From assembly GCA_016867375.1 (NCBI GenBank), contig VGJQ01000002.1, forward strand, positions 368-64,367: 64,000 nucleotides of DNA. Direction: 5' to 3'. Position numbers and translations under genes: made by a program. The notes beneath the pieces were generated by a model that saw nothing but the letters and a program-made list of their open reading frames with translations, had not been told where the DNA came from and made no database searches. Of this stretch, positions 54,109 through 63,258 are shown in pieces; the stretch's first letter is position 1; every line of letters begins with the position of its first letter. Source of the DNA: Candidatus Kaiserbacteria bacterium. Its GTDB lineage: Bacteria > Patescibacteriota > Minisyncoccia > Phycocordibacterales > UBA2100.

Positions 54109-54633
54109 ATGGCACATGTAAAAAACGAGCGTACATTTATTATTGTGAAGCCTGACGGGGTACAGCGCGGCCTTGTCGGCGAGATTATTACGCGATTCGA
54201 GCGCGTGGGCCTCAAGATCGTCGGCACAAAGATGATCGATCCATCCGTCGAGCATTATCACCATCATTACGAAACCATCGGCAAGATGGTATCGCGTCGC
54301 GGCCAAAAGGTGTTTGACGTGACCCTTGAGATGATGAAGGTTGGTCCCGTGATCGCTTTTGTACTCGAAGGTATTGAGGCGGTGTCTTTGGTGCGCAAGA
54401 TGGTGGGTGCCACGGAGCCCAAATCGGCGCTCCCTGGGACGATTCGCGGTGACTATGCGCATATGAGTTTTGCGCATGCTGACGCTCAAAACATGGGTGC
54501 AAACAACCTCATTCATGCCTCGGGAGATCCTACAGAGGCGGCTGCAGAGATCGCGCACTGGTTTGCCGAGACAGAACTCTTTGACTACGAGACGACGCAC
54601 GACAAATTTACCCAGAAAACAAAAGGGAAATAG
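54109..54633 (+). CDS. ndk: Nucleoside diphosphate kinase with a ~35-aa C-terminal extension
   Basis: ERTFIIVKPDGVQRGLVGEIITRFE and the active-site His region NLIHASGD. Alternative starts at 54079 and 54046. Confidence 0.85.
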   Translation: MAHVKNERTFIIVKPDGVQRGLVGEIITRFERVGLKIVGTKMIDPSVEHYHHHYETIGKMVSRRGQKVFDVTLEMMKVGPVIAFVLEGIEAVSLVRKMVGATEPKSALPGTIRGDYAHMSFAHADAQNMGANNLIHASGDPTEAAAEIAHWFAETELFDYETTHDKFTQKTKGK

Positions 54634-54734
54634 TCTAATTCGATATAAGAAGCGGGCCGCCCTGTGAGATAGCGAGCTATCGAGCTCTAGCTCACGGGGC
54701 GGCTCGTTTCGTTTGTTCTGATATACTGCACTAC

Positions 54735-55040
54735 ATGAGCTACCAATACATTCATCAATCCCATTACGGTCATGCGGGTGGTGTGCACACCGCAAAGCCC
54801 ATCATGGCGATGGACAAGCACGGCAATTTTTTCGACATGAAAGATGGGAAGCCCTCCGTATTGCCTATCTATCAGACGCGCGGCGGTAAGGTATTTGCCA
54901 CCGAATATCACCCGAGCGGTGTTTCAAATCATGCGATGTTTGAGATAAAGGGCGACAAGATCCACACGACCGCCGCTCATCCGTCGCACAATGCGTCATC
55001 GCATACCTTTGTGATTAAGCCCGGCGAGATGTACACCTGA
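54735..55040 (+). CDS. Hypothetical His-rich small protein (101 aa)
   Basis: Intact ORF with a downstream terminator; no known domain. Confidence 0.45.
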   Translation: MSYQYIHQSHYGHAGGVHTAKPIMAMDKHGNFFDMKDGKPSVLPIYQTRGGKVFATEYHPSGVSNHAMFEIKGDKIHTTAAHPSHNASSHTFVIKPGEMYT

Positions 55041-55177
55041 AAAGTCGGGTGTATACTATATACAGCGGTCGAAAACCTCTTGGGACATTTTTGGGAGACC
55101 TACATCGCTTATTGCATTGCGCTCTAATGCTGCGGTCACCCACCTGGATTACCCAGGTGCCCTCGACCGCATTTCAA

Positions 55178-55207
55178 AAAAGACCCTGCCTAGGCGGGGT
55201 CTTTTTG
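55178..55207 (+). terminator. Rho-independent terminator AGACCC-TGCCTAGGC-GGGGTCT + TTTTGT
   Basis: Read directly. Confidence 0.6.
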
Positions 55208-55231
55208 TGCATGAAATGCTAGAATACAAAG

Positions 55232-56650
55232 ATGAAAGATGCGTCGCACAAAGCCTCGATCACATTTTATGGTGGCGCGGGTGTCGTGACGGGAGCCAAT
55301 TTCCTCTTGGATGCGGGAGATGTAAAGATCCTCATCGATTGCGGTGCGGTCGAACGTGAAATAGCTCATCATGCGATCGATTCCGGGTCGGCACGAATGA
55401 TGATCCCTGTCTGCGACTCAATCAACACACAGCCGTTTGCATACGATCCAGCGGGTATCGACGCGCTCATCGTCACGCATGCACATGCCGATCATATTGG
55501 GCGCATCCCAAAGCTCGTCCATGATGGCTTCACGGGGCCGATCTACTCGACGCCCGCTACGCGCGATCTCGCTGCACTCATGTTTGATGACGCAATTCGT
55601 GTAATGGAGGGCGAAAATGAGCGTCATGGCTGTGACATGGTGTACCAGAAAGAGGATGCAGCGGCGGCACTCGCGCTCTGGCAGCCACACGAATACCACG
55701 AGCCGTTTGAGATAAGATCGGCCACGGTCGAATTTTTCGATGCGGGGCACATCCTCGGTGCGGCGATGGTCAGATGCACACGCAATGGCCGCAGTATTCT
55801 CTTCACTGGTGACTTGGGTAATTCTCCCGAGCCGCTACTCAATGACACCGAGATTCCTGATGGTATCAATTATGTCCTCATGGAGAGTGTCTACGGCGAT
55901 CGTGTGCATGAAGGGCGAGACCAGAGGGCAGAGATATTGCGTGGGGTGATCGAGGATGTGCGTCGGCGCGGCGGTGCACTCCTCATTCCTTCGTTTTCGA
56001 TTGAGCGTACACAAATCCTGCTCTACGAGATTGAGCGGATGCTCGAAGATGGGTCCATGGCGCCCATCCCCGTGTATCTCGATGCACCGCTTGCTATCCG
56101 GGTCACGGAGGTATTCCGGCGCTACATGCGCCTTTTGAAGCCGGAAGTACAAGCGCGCTTCGAGAGTGGCAATGACCCGTTCCAATTCCCCGGACTCACG
56201 CTGACAGAAGATATCTCCGAATCGCGCACCATTCACACCGCTCCAAATCCAAAAGTGATCATCGCTGGCGCGGGCATGTCTGCAGGCGGTCGTATCCGCT
56301 CGCACGAAACGCACTATTTGTCGGATGCAAATGCGACCGTGCTCTTCGTCGGGTATCAGGCGCCGGGATCTCTTGGACGGCGTATCCAAGATGGCAACAA
56401 ACACGTGACGATTGACGGCAAAAAGGTCCGCGTGCGCGCACGCATCGCCGCGCTCACCGGATACTCTGGTCATCGTGACCGTGATGGACTCATGGATTTC
56501 ATTGAGCAGCTCGGACCATCGGTCGAACGTGTCTTCGTGGCGATGGGGGAGCCACGCTCGGAGATGTTTCTCTCACAGCGCATTCGCGATTTTCTCGGTA
56601 TCGACGCACATGCGCCGGAGCAAGGTCAGAAGATCGAAATAGATTGGTAA
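55232..56650 (+). CDS. MBL-fold beta-CASP family RNA-metabolising hydrolase (CPSF73/RNase-J-like)
   Basis: HAHADH zinc motif, beta-CASP motifs including TGYSGHRD, 472 aa. Confidence 0.75.
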   Translation: MKDASHKASITFYGGAGVVTGANFLLDAGDVKILIDCGAVEREIAHHAIDSGSARMMIPVCDSINTQPFAYDPAGIDALIVTHAHADHIGRIPKLVHDGFTGPIYSTPATRDLAALMFDDAIRVMEGENERHGCDMVYQKEDAAAALALWQPHEYHEPFEIRSATVEFFDAGHILGAAMVRCTRNGRSILFTGDLGNSPEPLLNDTEIPDGINYVLMESVYGDRVHEGRDQRAEILRGVIEDVRRRGGALLIPSFSIERTQILLYEIERMLEDGSMAPIPVYLDAPLAIRVTEVFRRYMRLLKPEVQARFESGNDPFQFPGLTLTEDISESRTIHTAPNPKVIIAGAGMSAGGRIRSHETHYLSDANATVLFVGYQAPGSLGRRIQDGNKHVTIDGKKVRVRARIAALTGYSGHRDRDGLMDFIEQLGPSVERVFVAMGEPRSEMFLSQRIRDFLGIDAHAPEQGQKIEIDW

Positions 56651-56701
56651 CTATCACATAGCGTGCGGCACCTACTGCTATTTGAATGATATAATAAAAA
56701 A

Positions 56702-57385
56702 ATGGTAAAGCGCATCACACACCCCAATCACACGGCAGTTCCTAAAAAGCTCTGTCGTGTCCCCGATGGGTACGGCATCATCAAGATCGGTGTGTCGGGT
56801 TCTGCCGAGCTCGCGCATCTCGGCCTCGATGTCTTTGAGCGTGCCAAGGATGTCGGTCGGGAGATTGCGCGTCAGGGCGCCATTATCACCTCGGGGGCGA
56901 CGACCGGATTCCCGATGTACAGCGCGATGGGTGCCAAGGACGAGTGCGGGCTCTCGATCGGATTTTCCCCCGCGTCGACCGAAGACGAGCACGTCAATAC
57001 GTACAAGCTCCCGCTCGAATTCATGGATATGATCGTGTACACCGGTTTTGGATATTCGGGCCGCGATCTGCTCTTCGTCCGATCATCCGATGCGATGATC
57101 ATCGGCCCGGGACGCATCGGCACCCTCAACGAATTCTCCGTGGCATTCGAAGATCATAAGCCATTGGGAATCCTTGAAGGCAACTGGGATACCGACGAGC
57201 TCATCCAGCTGGTGATCGACGCGGCACATCGACCCAATCCCAATATCATTTTCGATTCCGACGCCAAGGCGCTCGTGGAGCGGCTGATCGAAATGGTGAA
57301 AAAGCGCCAGGAAAAAGGCGCTCCTGTCTACAACAACCGCGATGGTTGGTCCGCCACCGGCAAAAACGCGCAGGTGATTTTGTAG
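56702..57385 (+). CDS. LOG-family (TIGR00725-type Rossmann) protein
   Basis: GVSGSAE..AIITSGATTG and PGRIGTLNEF (PGGxGTxxE-like) motifs. Confidence 0.65.
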   Translation: MVKRITHPNHTAVPKKLCRVPDGYGIIKIGVSGSAELAHLGLDVFERAKDVGREIARQGAIITSGATTGFPMYSAMGAKDECGLSIGFSPASTEDEHVNTYKLPLEFMDMIVYTGFGYSGRDLLFVRSSDAMIIGPGRIGTLNEFSVAFEDHKPLGILEGNWDTDELIQLVIDAAHRPNPNIIFDSDAKALVERLIEMVKKRQEKGAPVYNNRDGWSATGKNAQVIL

Positions 57386-57439
57386 GGCGCTTGTGGTCTT
57401 GCGCGTATCACAGTAGTATCGACTCAGAGTATAAAGAAA

Positions 57440-58114
57440 GTGAGGAATACAGTGCGAGTAGTTCCGCGACTGATCTTTGATCTCGATGGAACGATTGCGG
57501 ATACGCAAGGGCCGATATCGCGACGCGAATCACTCTTTTTCTTACGGCACGGGATACATATTTCGCCCCATAAGATCACGAGAAAGTATTCGGGTGTTTC
57601 TTCTACGGATATGATCCCGGACGTATTTCGGGCTTACAGCAAGACGTTCGATGATCTGGATGCTCTCTGTGCAGAGCGGTGGCAGTTTGTATCCACCATC
57701 CCCGATGAGGAAATCGTCCCTGTGCCTGGTACGGTTGAAGCGATTCATCACTGGTATAAGTTAACGGGTCCACTCGCTATTGCGTCCGCTTCACGGCTTG
57801 AATTCATTGAACGTGTGACGAGGGTACTTCGAATACGCGAACACTTCGGGGTCATTGCGAGCTCGCATGAAGTAGTGCGCGGCAAACCTGCACCTGATGT
57901 CTTTCTCTTGGCGGCAAAACGTCTCGGTTTCAGTCCATCAGAATGCATCGTGATCGAAGACGGTGTGGCGGGGATGCTCGCCGCACAGGCCGCTCACATG
58001 AAATGCATTGCGCTCGTGCGGGGAGGGGGTGGAGACTATCCCGCCGACCTCGTCGTAGATGACCTGCGCAAAGTGACTGATACTGATCTCACCAAGCTTC
58101 TCCAGAGAAGCTAA
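57440..58114 (+). CDS. HAD-superfamily hydrolase, subfamily IA (beta-phosphoglucomutase-like)
   Basis: Motif I LIFDLDGTIADT; motif III/IV region GKPAPDVF..DGVAG. Confidence 0.75.
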   Translation: MRNTVRVVPRLIFDLDGTIADTQGPISRRESLFFLRHGIHISPHKITRKYSGVSSTDMIPDVFRAYSKTFDDLDALCAERWQFVSTIPDEEIVPVPGTVEAIHHWYKLTGPLAIASASRLEFIERVTRVLRIREHFGVIASSHEVVRGKPAPDVFLLAAKRLGFSPSECIVIEDGVAGMLAAQAAHMKCIALVRGGGGDYPADLVVDDLRKVTDTDLTKLLQRS

Positions 58115-58233
58115 ACAAAAACCGCGACTCTTCGAGAGTCGCGGTTTCTCATTTGGCATACCTATAGCAGATATCCGAGCAGATAGTGGAAAATCCATAC
58201 CCGTAACCCGCACCATATCGCAAGACATATTCA

Positions 58234-58270
58234 TATGCTATTGTGTTGCTATAGCGTAGTCATAGCATAT
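58234..58270. repeat. Module D palindrome variant ATATGCTATTGTGTTGC-TATAGC-GTAGTCATAGCATAT
   Basis: Paired with 58947-58984 around the PaaX-like gene. Confidence 0.7.
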
Positions 58271-58341
58271 ACTGGAGTGACAGGGATGTGGGTGTTATGT
58301 GCGGGTGTTATGTGCGTACTTTCTTACACATTTGAAATTTT

Positions 58342-58911
58342 ATGGGACACATAGAAATGCGGGGAAGAAGGCGGGCGCGTAAGCGCAATTTTCAGCATGC
58401 ACTTCTCTCGACTATCGCGGTCGCGGGTGTCCTGGCTCTTGCCGCTGTACCGTCAAATCTGCCGATTGCTTTGCATAAGCTCGGTATGTTGCCCACAGGG
58501 CCGAAAGATATAGGGACGGTGAATCGTGCGCGGAATCGCCTTCTCAAGAAAGGGTTGCTCATGCGTACAAAGGACGGCTTCTTGCGCCTTACACCAACGG
58601 GTGAGCGAGCATTGCGTACATTCGAACTTCAGGGCTCTCTCAAGAAACCGCGGCGATGGGATGGCCGGTGGCGTGTGCTCATTTTTGATATTCCCGAAAA
58701 ACGCAAACCGATGCGCCAAAAACTGCGCACCATGCTTCGCTCATCTGGTTTTTACCTTTTGCAAGATAGTGTATGGGTGTATCCGTATGACTGTGAAGAT
58801 TTTGTTGCACTCCTCAAATCAGATCTCAAGATTGGTAGCAGCCTGCTCTATATGATTGTCGATGAAATGGAAGGGGATAAGTCGCTGCGTCAGCATTTTG
58901 AGTTGTCATGA
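58342..58911 (+). CDS. PaaX-family-like transcriptional regulator (winged-helix N-terminus, WDGRW-type C-terminal domain)
   Basis: ..RLTPTGERAL.. then RRWDGRWRVLIFDIPEKRKPMRQKLRTMLRSSGFYLLQDSVWVYP resembles the PaaX C-terminal region (WDGRW..vpE..R..R..Lr..L...GFg.l..g.Wvsp). Confidence 0.5.
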   Translation: MGHIEMRGRRRARKRNFQHALLSTIAVAGVLALAAVPSNLPIALHKLGMLPTGPKDIGTVNRARNRLLKKGLLMRTKDGFLRLTPTGERALRTFELQGSLKKPRRWDGRWRVLIFDIPEKRKPMRQKLRTMLRSSGFYLLQDSVWVYPYDCEDFVALLKSDLKIGSSLLYMIVDEMEGDKSLRQHFELS

Positions 58912-58946
58912 TTTCCCATACCCATCCACAACTTCGCAAAATTTCG

Positions 58947-58984
58947 ATATGCTATTGTTGCGCTATAGCATAGAGATAGCATAT
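58947..58984. repeat. Module D palindrome ATATGCTATTGTTGCGC-TATAGC-ATAGAGATAGCATAT
   Basis: Read directly. Confidence 0.7.
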
Positions 58985-59148
58985 TTGTGTGGGATGGATT
59001 TGATATTCCAGGATTTTTGAAACTCCGTTGCATCGGACCAGGAAGAGAAATGACCAGAAAGAGGCCAGGAAGAGAAATTGCGGATATTTTTTGAGTGTGA
59101 TATTTTTCAATCAGACACAGTACACCGTCTCACACAAGGAGTAGCTCA

Positions 59149-59457
59149 ATGTGCCCGTATCCGCCGTTTTTACATGCTTCAGAACTTGATGACGAGTCGG
59201 ATCTTGTTGATCTTGATCCGGACACTGCTGCACAAGCAAGGGATTTGCGTATGCATTGCAAGAAGATGATCCTAAAAGTGCGTGAGTATTATGTAGCAGT
59301 CCAGACACAATTGGAGAGTGAGCATTGGGGCGAGTGGATAATCTTCCACGTCCCGACAGGGAAGTATGTCGTTGGACAAAATGTGGAGGAAGTAGAGGCG
59401 CGTTTTGCAAGCGAGGTTTCTACTACGGATTCCTATGGATTTAGGATCGGTGGTTAA
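59149..59457 (+). CDS. Hypothetical protein (102 aa)
   Basis: Intact ORF; its stop overlaps a partial module A copy (59456-59498). Confidence 0.45.
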   Translation: MCPYPPFLHASELDDESDLVDLDPDTAAQARDLRMHCKKMILKVREYYVAVQTQLESEHWGEWIIFHVPTGKYVVGQNVEEVEARFASEVSTTDSYGFRIGG

Positions 59458-59527
59458 GGGCTCGTCCATTTTGTGAGCCGTATGTATGAACGGGATCCAA
59501 ATCGCCGAAGACACAACAACTCAATAA

Positions 59528-59551
59528 AAAGACCCCTTTGCGGGGTCTTTT
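59528..59551. terminator. Bidirectional terminator AAAAGACCCC-TTTGC-GGGGTCTTTT
   Basis: Perfect stem with A/T runs on both sides. Confidence 0.75.
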
Positions 59552-59556
59552 GTTTT

Positions 59557-59901
59557 CTATTTGATGGTCTCGATGAGGCGGGTGAAGGCCTCGGGGTGGT
59601 CTTTGGCGAGTGCGGCGAGGGCCTTGCGGTCGAGGGCGATGTCGGCTTTCTTGAGGGTATCGATGAAGCGTGAGTAGGAGAGGCCAGCAGGGCGGACGGC
59701 AGCATTGATGCGGATCGTCCAGACGTTGCGGGCGAGGCGCTTTTTGGTCTTGCGGTCACGGAATGCATTGCGACCCGCATGGGAGATGGCCTCCTTGGCA
59801 GTGCGCTCTTTCGTGGAGCGGCCGAAGCGGTAGCCCTTGGTCTGGGCCAAGATATTGCGGCGGCGCTTAAGCTTTGTGGTACCTCGTTTGACGCGTGACA
59901 T
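59557..59901 (-). CDS. rplT: 50S ribosomal protein L20
   Basis: MSRVKRGTTKLKRRRNILAQTKGYRFGRST.. Confidence 0.9.
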   Translation of the reverse strand: MSRVKRGTTKLKRRRNILAQTKGYRFGRSTKERTAKEAISHAGRNAFRDRKTKKRLARNVWTIRINAAVRPAGLSYSRFIDTLKKADIALDRKALAALAKDHPEAFTRLIETIK

Positions 59902-59939
59902 AAAGGATAGATAAGAAAATTAAAACAAAAAACAATACA

Positions 59940-60122
59940 TCAGCTCGGGAGGAATCGGCTCCGGTCTTTAACTGACATATTGATACTCACTGCGCGGCTA
60001 TGGCGCATGCGGCTGCTGCCGGACTGTTTGGCATTGAAATGGTTCTGTCCCGGGACGCGGGCAAGGATTTTGCCGTTGCGGGTGACGCGGAGCCGCTTGC
60101 TGTATGATTTATTGGTTTTCAT
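59940..60122 (-). CDS. rpmI: 50S ribosomal protein L35
   Basis: 60-aa basic protein MKTNKSYSKRLRVTRNGKILAR..; infC-rpmI-rplT order. Confidence 0.85.
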   Translation of the reverse strand: MKTNKSYSKRLRVTRNGKILARVPGQNHFNAKQSGSSRMRHSRAVSINMSVKDRSRFLPS

Positions 60123-60753
60123 ATGTTTGTTCTTCCTCGGCGCTTATTTCCGGGGTTTCTTGAGGCCTCTCTTTCGGGGTGGCAGGGGCTTTTGGTGCTC
60201 CTGCTTTCTTGGAAGAATCACGCTCAAGGACGACCGAGAGGCCCTTGGGGCTCTTCTTGATCTCATCGGCGATTTTATACGATTCTGGGATTATTGCAAG
60301 GAATCGCTCGAGACGGTCCTTGAGGAACTCGAATTCCATGTATTTGTAGCGCCCCCAGAGGAAGAGGTCGACTTTGACCCGGTGCCCCTCCCGGAGCCAG
60401 AGGGCGGCTTTGGAGGCTTTGATGTGCATATCGCGCTCAGAGGTGCCTATCTTGACCTGAGTGACCTTGGTCTCGGTCACGATGGCTTTTGATTTGACCT
60501 CCTTGTCTTTTTTCTTTTGTTCGTACTTAAACTTGCCGTAATCGGTGATTTTGGCGACCGGTGGGACGGCATTGGGGGAGATCTCGATGAGGTCGAAGCC
60601 CATTTCTACCGCCTTGGCGAGCGCTTCGCGTATGGGGAGGACGCCAAAATTCTCCCCATCGGGGCCGATGACGCGTACTTCGCGTGCGCGGATGCTTTCG
60701 TTCATCCGAATCTGTTCTTTTTCCGCCTGTGATGTGTATTTTGTGAATCCCAT
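60109..60753 (-). CDS. infC: Translation initiation factor IF-3 with Lys/Glu-rich C-terminal extension
   Basis: ..NESIRAREVRVIGPDGENFGVLPIREALAKAVEMGFDLIEISPNA.. is the canonical IF3 N-domain. The true start is uncertain (IF3 genes often use atypical start codons); 14-nt overlap with rpmI. Confidence 0.8.
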   Translation of the reverse strand: MGFTKYTSQAEKEQIRMNESIRAREVRVIGPDGENFGVLPIREALAKAVEMGFDLIEISPNAVPPVAKITDYGKFKYEQKKKDKEVKSKAIVTETKVTQVKIGTSERDMHIKASKAALWLREGHRVKVDLFLWGRYKYMEFEFLKDRLERFLAIIPESYKIADEIKKSPKGLSVVLERDSSKKAGAPKAPATPKERPQETPEISAEEEQTYENQ

Positions 60754-60804
60754 TTCGAGCGTTTACTGTAACACAGCTATGGCAAAAGATACAGGTCCGT
60801 GAGC

Positions 60805-62664
60805 TTAGTATCGTACGCTCGGAGAAGTGAATACATTCATGAGCGCGATACGGAGGTTCATCCAGATCCTCTGCATGAACGACATATTCGGGGTGAAGTA
60901 GTAGGAATTGTTGAGTCCCACAGGACTCACAAACGTGCTTCCGGGGGTGTATCTGGTCGGTACACTATACCCATTGCCGTATGGGTAGACATTGGCTGCA
61001 TGCCCGTTGTTCGTCGCGATGGTATTGAATCCGGGAATCGGCGAAAAGCCGTTTCCAACGATGGGTGCGGGTTTCTGTGTCGTGACCATAGGAGCGCCCG
61101 AAGAGAGTTGGCGGAGCTGTGCGAGTATCTGTGCGGGGATACTGGTGGCAGAGGTGCTTGCAGTCGATGAGGCAGCTACGGGCATACATGCATCTCCAGA
61201 AGTAGCGCATCCATACATGCAGACCTGATTGATCTGCACTGCGCAGACGTTGTTTTGGTAATACACGATGCTGTTTTGGCAGATGGAGCGCGGTGTGCAC
61301 TGAGGAGTCGTCGATCCGGTGTCGTCGGTGCCAGGTCTCCCAGTGTTTCCGGTCTGTATGGATGGTCTGCCTGACATTGGTTGCCCACCTGGTTGCTTCA
61401 TACCTCCTTGCATAGGGATGTTTGGCATCGGCATACCGTTTTGATTTTGGGAGAATGGTATGCATTGGGTATTCATGCGGATGTAGCCGATGGGGCATTG
61501 CTGACTGTATTGCTGTTGATTGCAGCTTATGGTCTGTACCGGATTGAGGCTGATGACTGCGTATGGTGAAAACCCATTGCATTGTGTCGGTGCACATTGG
61601 CCGTTGACATATACATAGCCGACCTGGCAGTAGGACTGGCCGGGGATGCCGATGCTCGTCGGGAATGGTTGTGAGGTCGAGGATGGAACGCAGGTTTTGT
61701 AGGCAGTCCCAGCATCAAAATCTTGCACAGCCATGGGGATATATCCGGTCGGGCAGATGCCTGAGGCGTTGGGAAGTACGACTTCATCGGGCACGAGGTG
61801 GCACTGACCGTTGACGAGCATATAATCGCCTTCACATGTCTGAGCTCCGGTATTGGGGTCTCGCTTGGGTGGGAGCGGCACGTGAGGCGTTTGTGTCGAC
61901 CCGGGAGCGTGTGCGGACCCTGCACCCCTGCAGGCAGATTGAGGTTGCATATGCACTGCGTCGGTGATGGGTAGTGTAAAGATCAAATTCATCGAAGAAG
62001 CGAGCTGATGAAGCTCTCTTTGTCTGCCATTTTGCGATTTGATGTCGAGGGCGATTCCGGCGACATGTGGACAGTGGGAGAACGTCGTGCAGCCTTTGCT
62101 GCGTCCACAGACGACGGAATTGCTCCGATCCAAACATGATGCTCGCTGATGCGCGACGGTACGAAGTGCGGCTGTGATGCAAGGGTTTAGCCCCCGCTGC
62201 CGAGCTTCGTTGAGAAACTGTGAGGCACATTGGAGAAACTTGGGATCCATGCCCTGAGATGGGTTGGATACACTGAAATACACGTGGTTTCGTTTGAGGG
62301 TGGCGGGGTCGAGTGATGCGTCGTATCCGACTTTATACCCAGGGCAGACGAAATTCGCCAGATTTTTTTGGGATTGTAATGCGCCACTATCGAGTCCGGT
62401 ACCACTCAATAATCCTTGATTTAGGCACGTGCCGACTGTGATAATCCCGCCGTTGAGTTCGCGCATGGCGACCACGTCTTCGGCGGTCGCTTTTCGGACA
62501 GTCCCTGGTGGGCATTCGGCGATGTCGGCGGCGTGGGCTTTTGGGACGACAGTTGGCGTCAGGGTCAGGAGGAGGGTGAATAATGAGATGACAATAAGAG
62601 ATGGAATGCGCAACATACTCAATAGTGTAACACTGTGATGGGTCCGTATTGGATTGCTATTCAC
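60805..62664 (-). CDS. Secreted Cys-rich protein with an N-terminal peptidase-M15 (VanY/D-Ala-D-Ala carboxypeptidase-like) domain, followed by repeated Cys-bounded modules
   Basis: Signal peptide ..MLRIPSLIVISLFTLLLTLTPTVVPKAHA. HVAGIALD fits the M15 H-x-x-G-x-A-x-D zinc-binding motif. Repeated C..GY(I/V).(M/V)N.QC units. Alternative start at 62616. Confidence 0.5.
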   Translation of the reverse strand: MNSNPIRTHHSVTLLSMLRIPSLIVISLFTLLLTLTPTVVPKAHAADIAECPPGTVRKATAEDVVAMRELNGGIITVGTCLNQGLLSGTGLDSGALQSQKNLANFVCPGYKVGYDASLDPATLKRNHVYFSVSNPSQGMDPKFLQCASQFLNEARQRGLNPCITAALRTVAHQRASCLDRSNSVVCGRSKGCTTFSHCPHVAGIALDIKSQNGRQRELHQLASSMNLIFTLPITDAVHMQPQSACRGAGSAHAPGSTQTPHVPLPPKRDPNTGAQTCEGDYMLVNGQCHLVPDEVVLPNASGICPTGYIPMAVQDFDAGTAYKTCVPSSTSQPFPTSIGIPGQSYCQVGYVYVNGQCAPTQCNGFSPYAVISLNPVQTISCNQQQYSQQCPIGYIRMNTQCIPFSQNQNGMPMPNIPMQGGMKQPGGQPMSGRPSIQTGNTGRPGTDDTGSTTPQCTPRSICQNSIVYYQNNVCAVQINQVCMYGCATSGDACMPVAASSTASTSATSIPAQILAQLRQLSSGAPMVTTQKPAPIVGNGFSPIPGFNTIATNNGHAANVYPYGNGYSVPTRYTPGSTFVSPVGLNNSYYFTPNMSFMQRIWMNLRIALMNVFTSPSVRY

Positions 62665-62737
62665 ATCGCGCAGTCATTGCTTTTTCATATTTTAGTGGCA
62701 TAATGCATCTAGACGTTGCACGCCATAGGAGAGGGAT

Positions 62738-63154
62738 ATGAGGAAGCTTATGCTCGGATTGGTCGCTTGTCTCGCTCTTGCGGGTGTGGCGGCCGCTCAA
62801 AGTCAGCTAACAGAAGGAATGACGGAATTGCGCGCCAGCATAAAACACCTGGCGCTCGCTCGGACGACAAACGATCGGGGAGAATTGACGGACCGCATGT
62901 GGAGGATGGTTATCCATCGTGGTGTCGAGATACAGTTTCAAGAACTCGGCTATCAGGGATGTGCATTCGTGCATATGGAAAAGACCGGATATGTCCCTGT
63001 GTGCGTGAACTATCGGGAAGATATATACGCGCGGCTGGTGTCGGGCGAGGTGGAAAAGATCGATGAAGCGATCACCCTCATCGAGATCAGGGCGATGCAG
63101 ATGGGACTGATCCCGTATGAGGAGTCCGACGTAAACGAACAAGAGGAACTGTAA
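62738..63154 (+). CDS. Small secreted hypothetical protein (138 aa)
   Basis: Signal peptide MRKLMLGLVACLALAGVAAAQ; the stop abuts a partial module A copy (63154-63195). Confidence 0.5.
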   Translation: MRKLMLGLVACLALAGVAAAQSQLTEGMTELRASIKHLALARTTNDRGELTDRMWRMVIHRGVEIQFQELGYQGCAFVHMEKTGYVPVCVNYREDIYARLVSGEVEKIDEAITLIEIRAMQMGLIPYEESDVNEQEEL

Positions 63155-63192
63155 GGGCTCGTCCGCACATAACGTACCCTATGTATGATAGA

Positions 63193-63258
63193 GCCCGCAT
63201 CCGTTGCGGGCTTTCTTTTTAATAACCCCCGCGAGCAATGTGCTCGCGGGGGTTTTCT
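63193..63258. terminator. Two tandem hairpin terminators (GCCCGCATCCGTTGCGGGC + TTTCTTTTT, then CCCCCGCGAGCAATGTGCTCGCGGGGG + TTTTCT), serving convergent genes
   Basis: Read directly. Confidence 0.7.

Noticed and set aside
58342-58911. Cas2 (the beta-alpha-beta-beta-alpha-beta topology WRVLIFDIPEKRKP..)
   Set aside because: The N-terminal winged helix plus the WDGRW block fit PaaX-family regulators better. No cas1 or array nearby.
70-63195. Possible CRISPR array formed by the recurring 75-bp module A/B and module C/D repeats
   Set aside because: Copies are kilobases apart, in both orientations and in varying combinations. There are no regularly spaced repeat-spacer units and no cas genes, so this is a dispersed REP/MITE-like family, not a CRISPR array.
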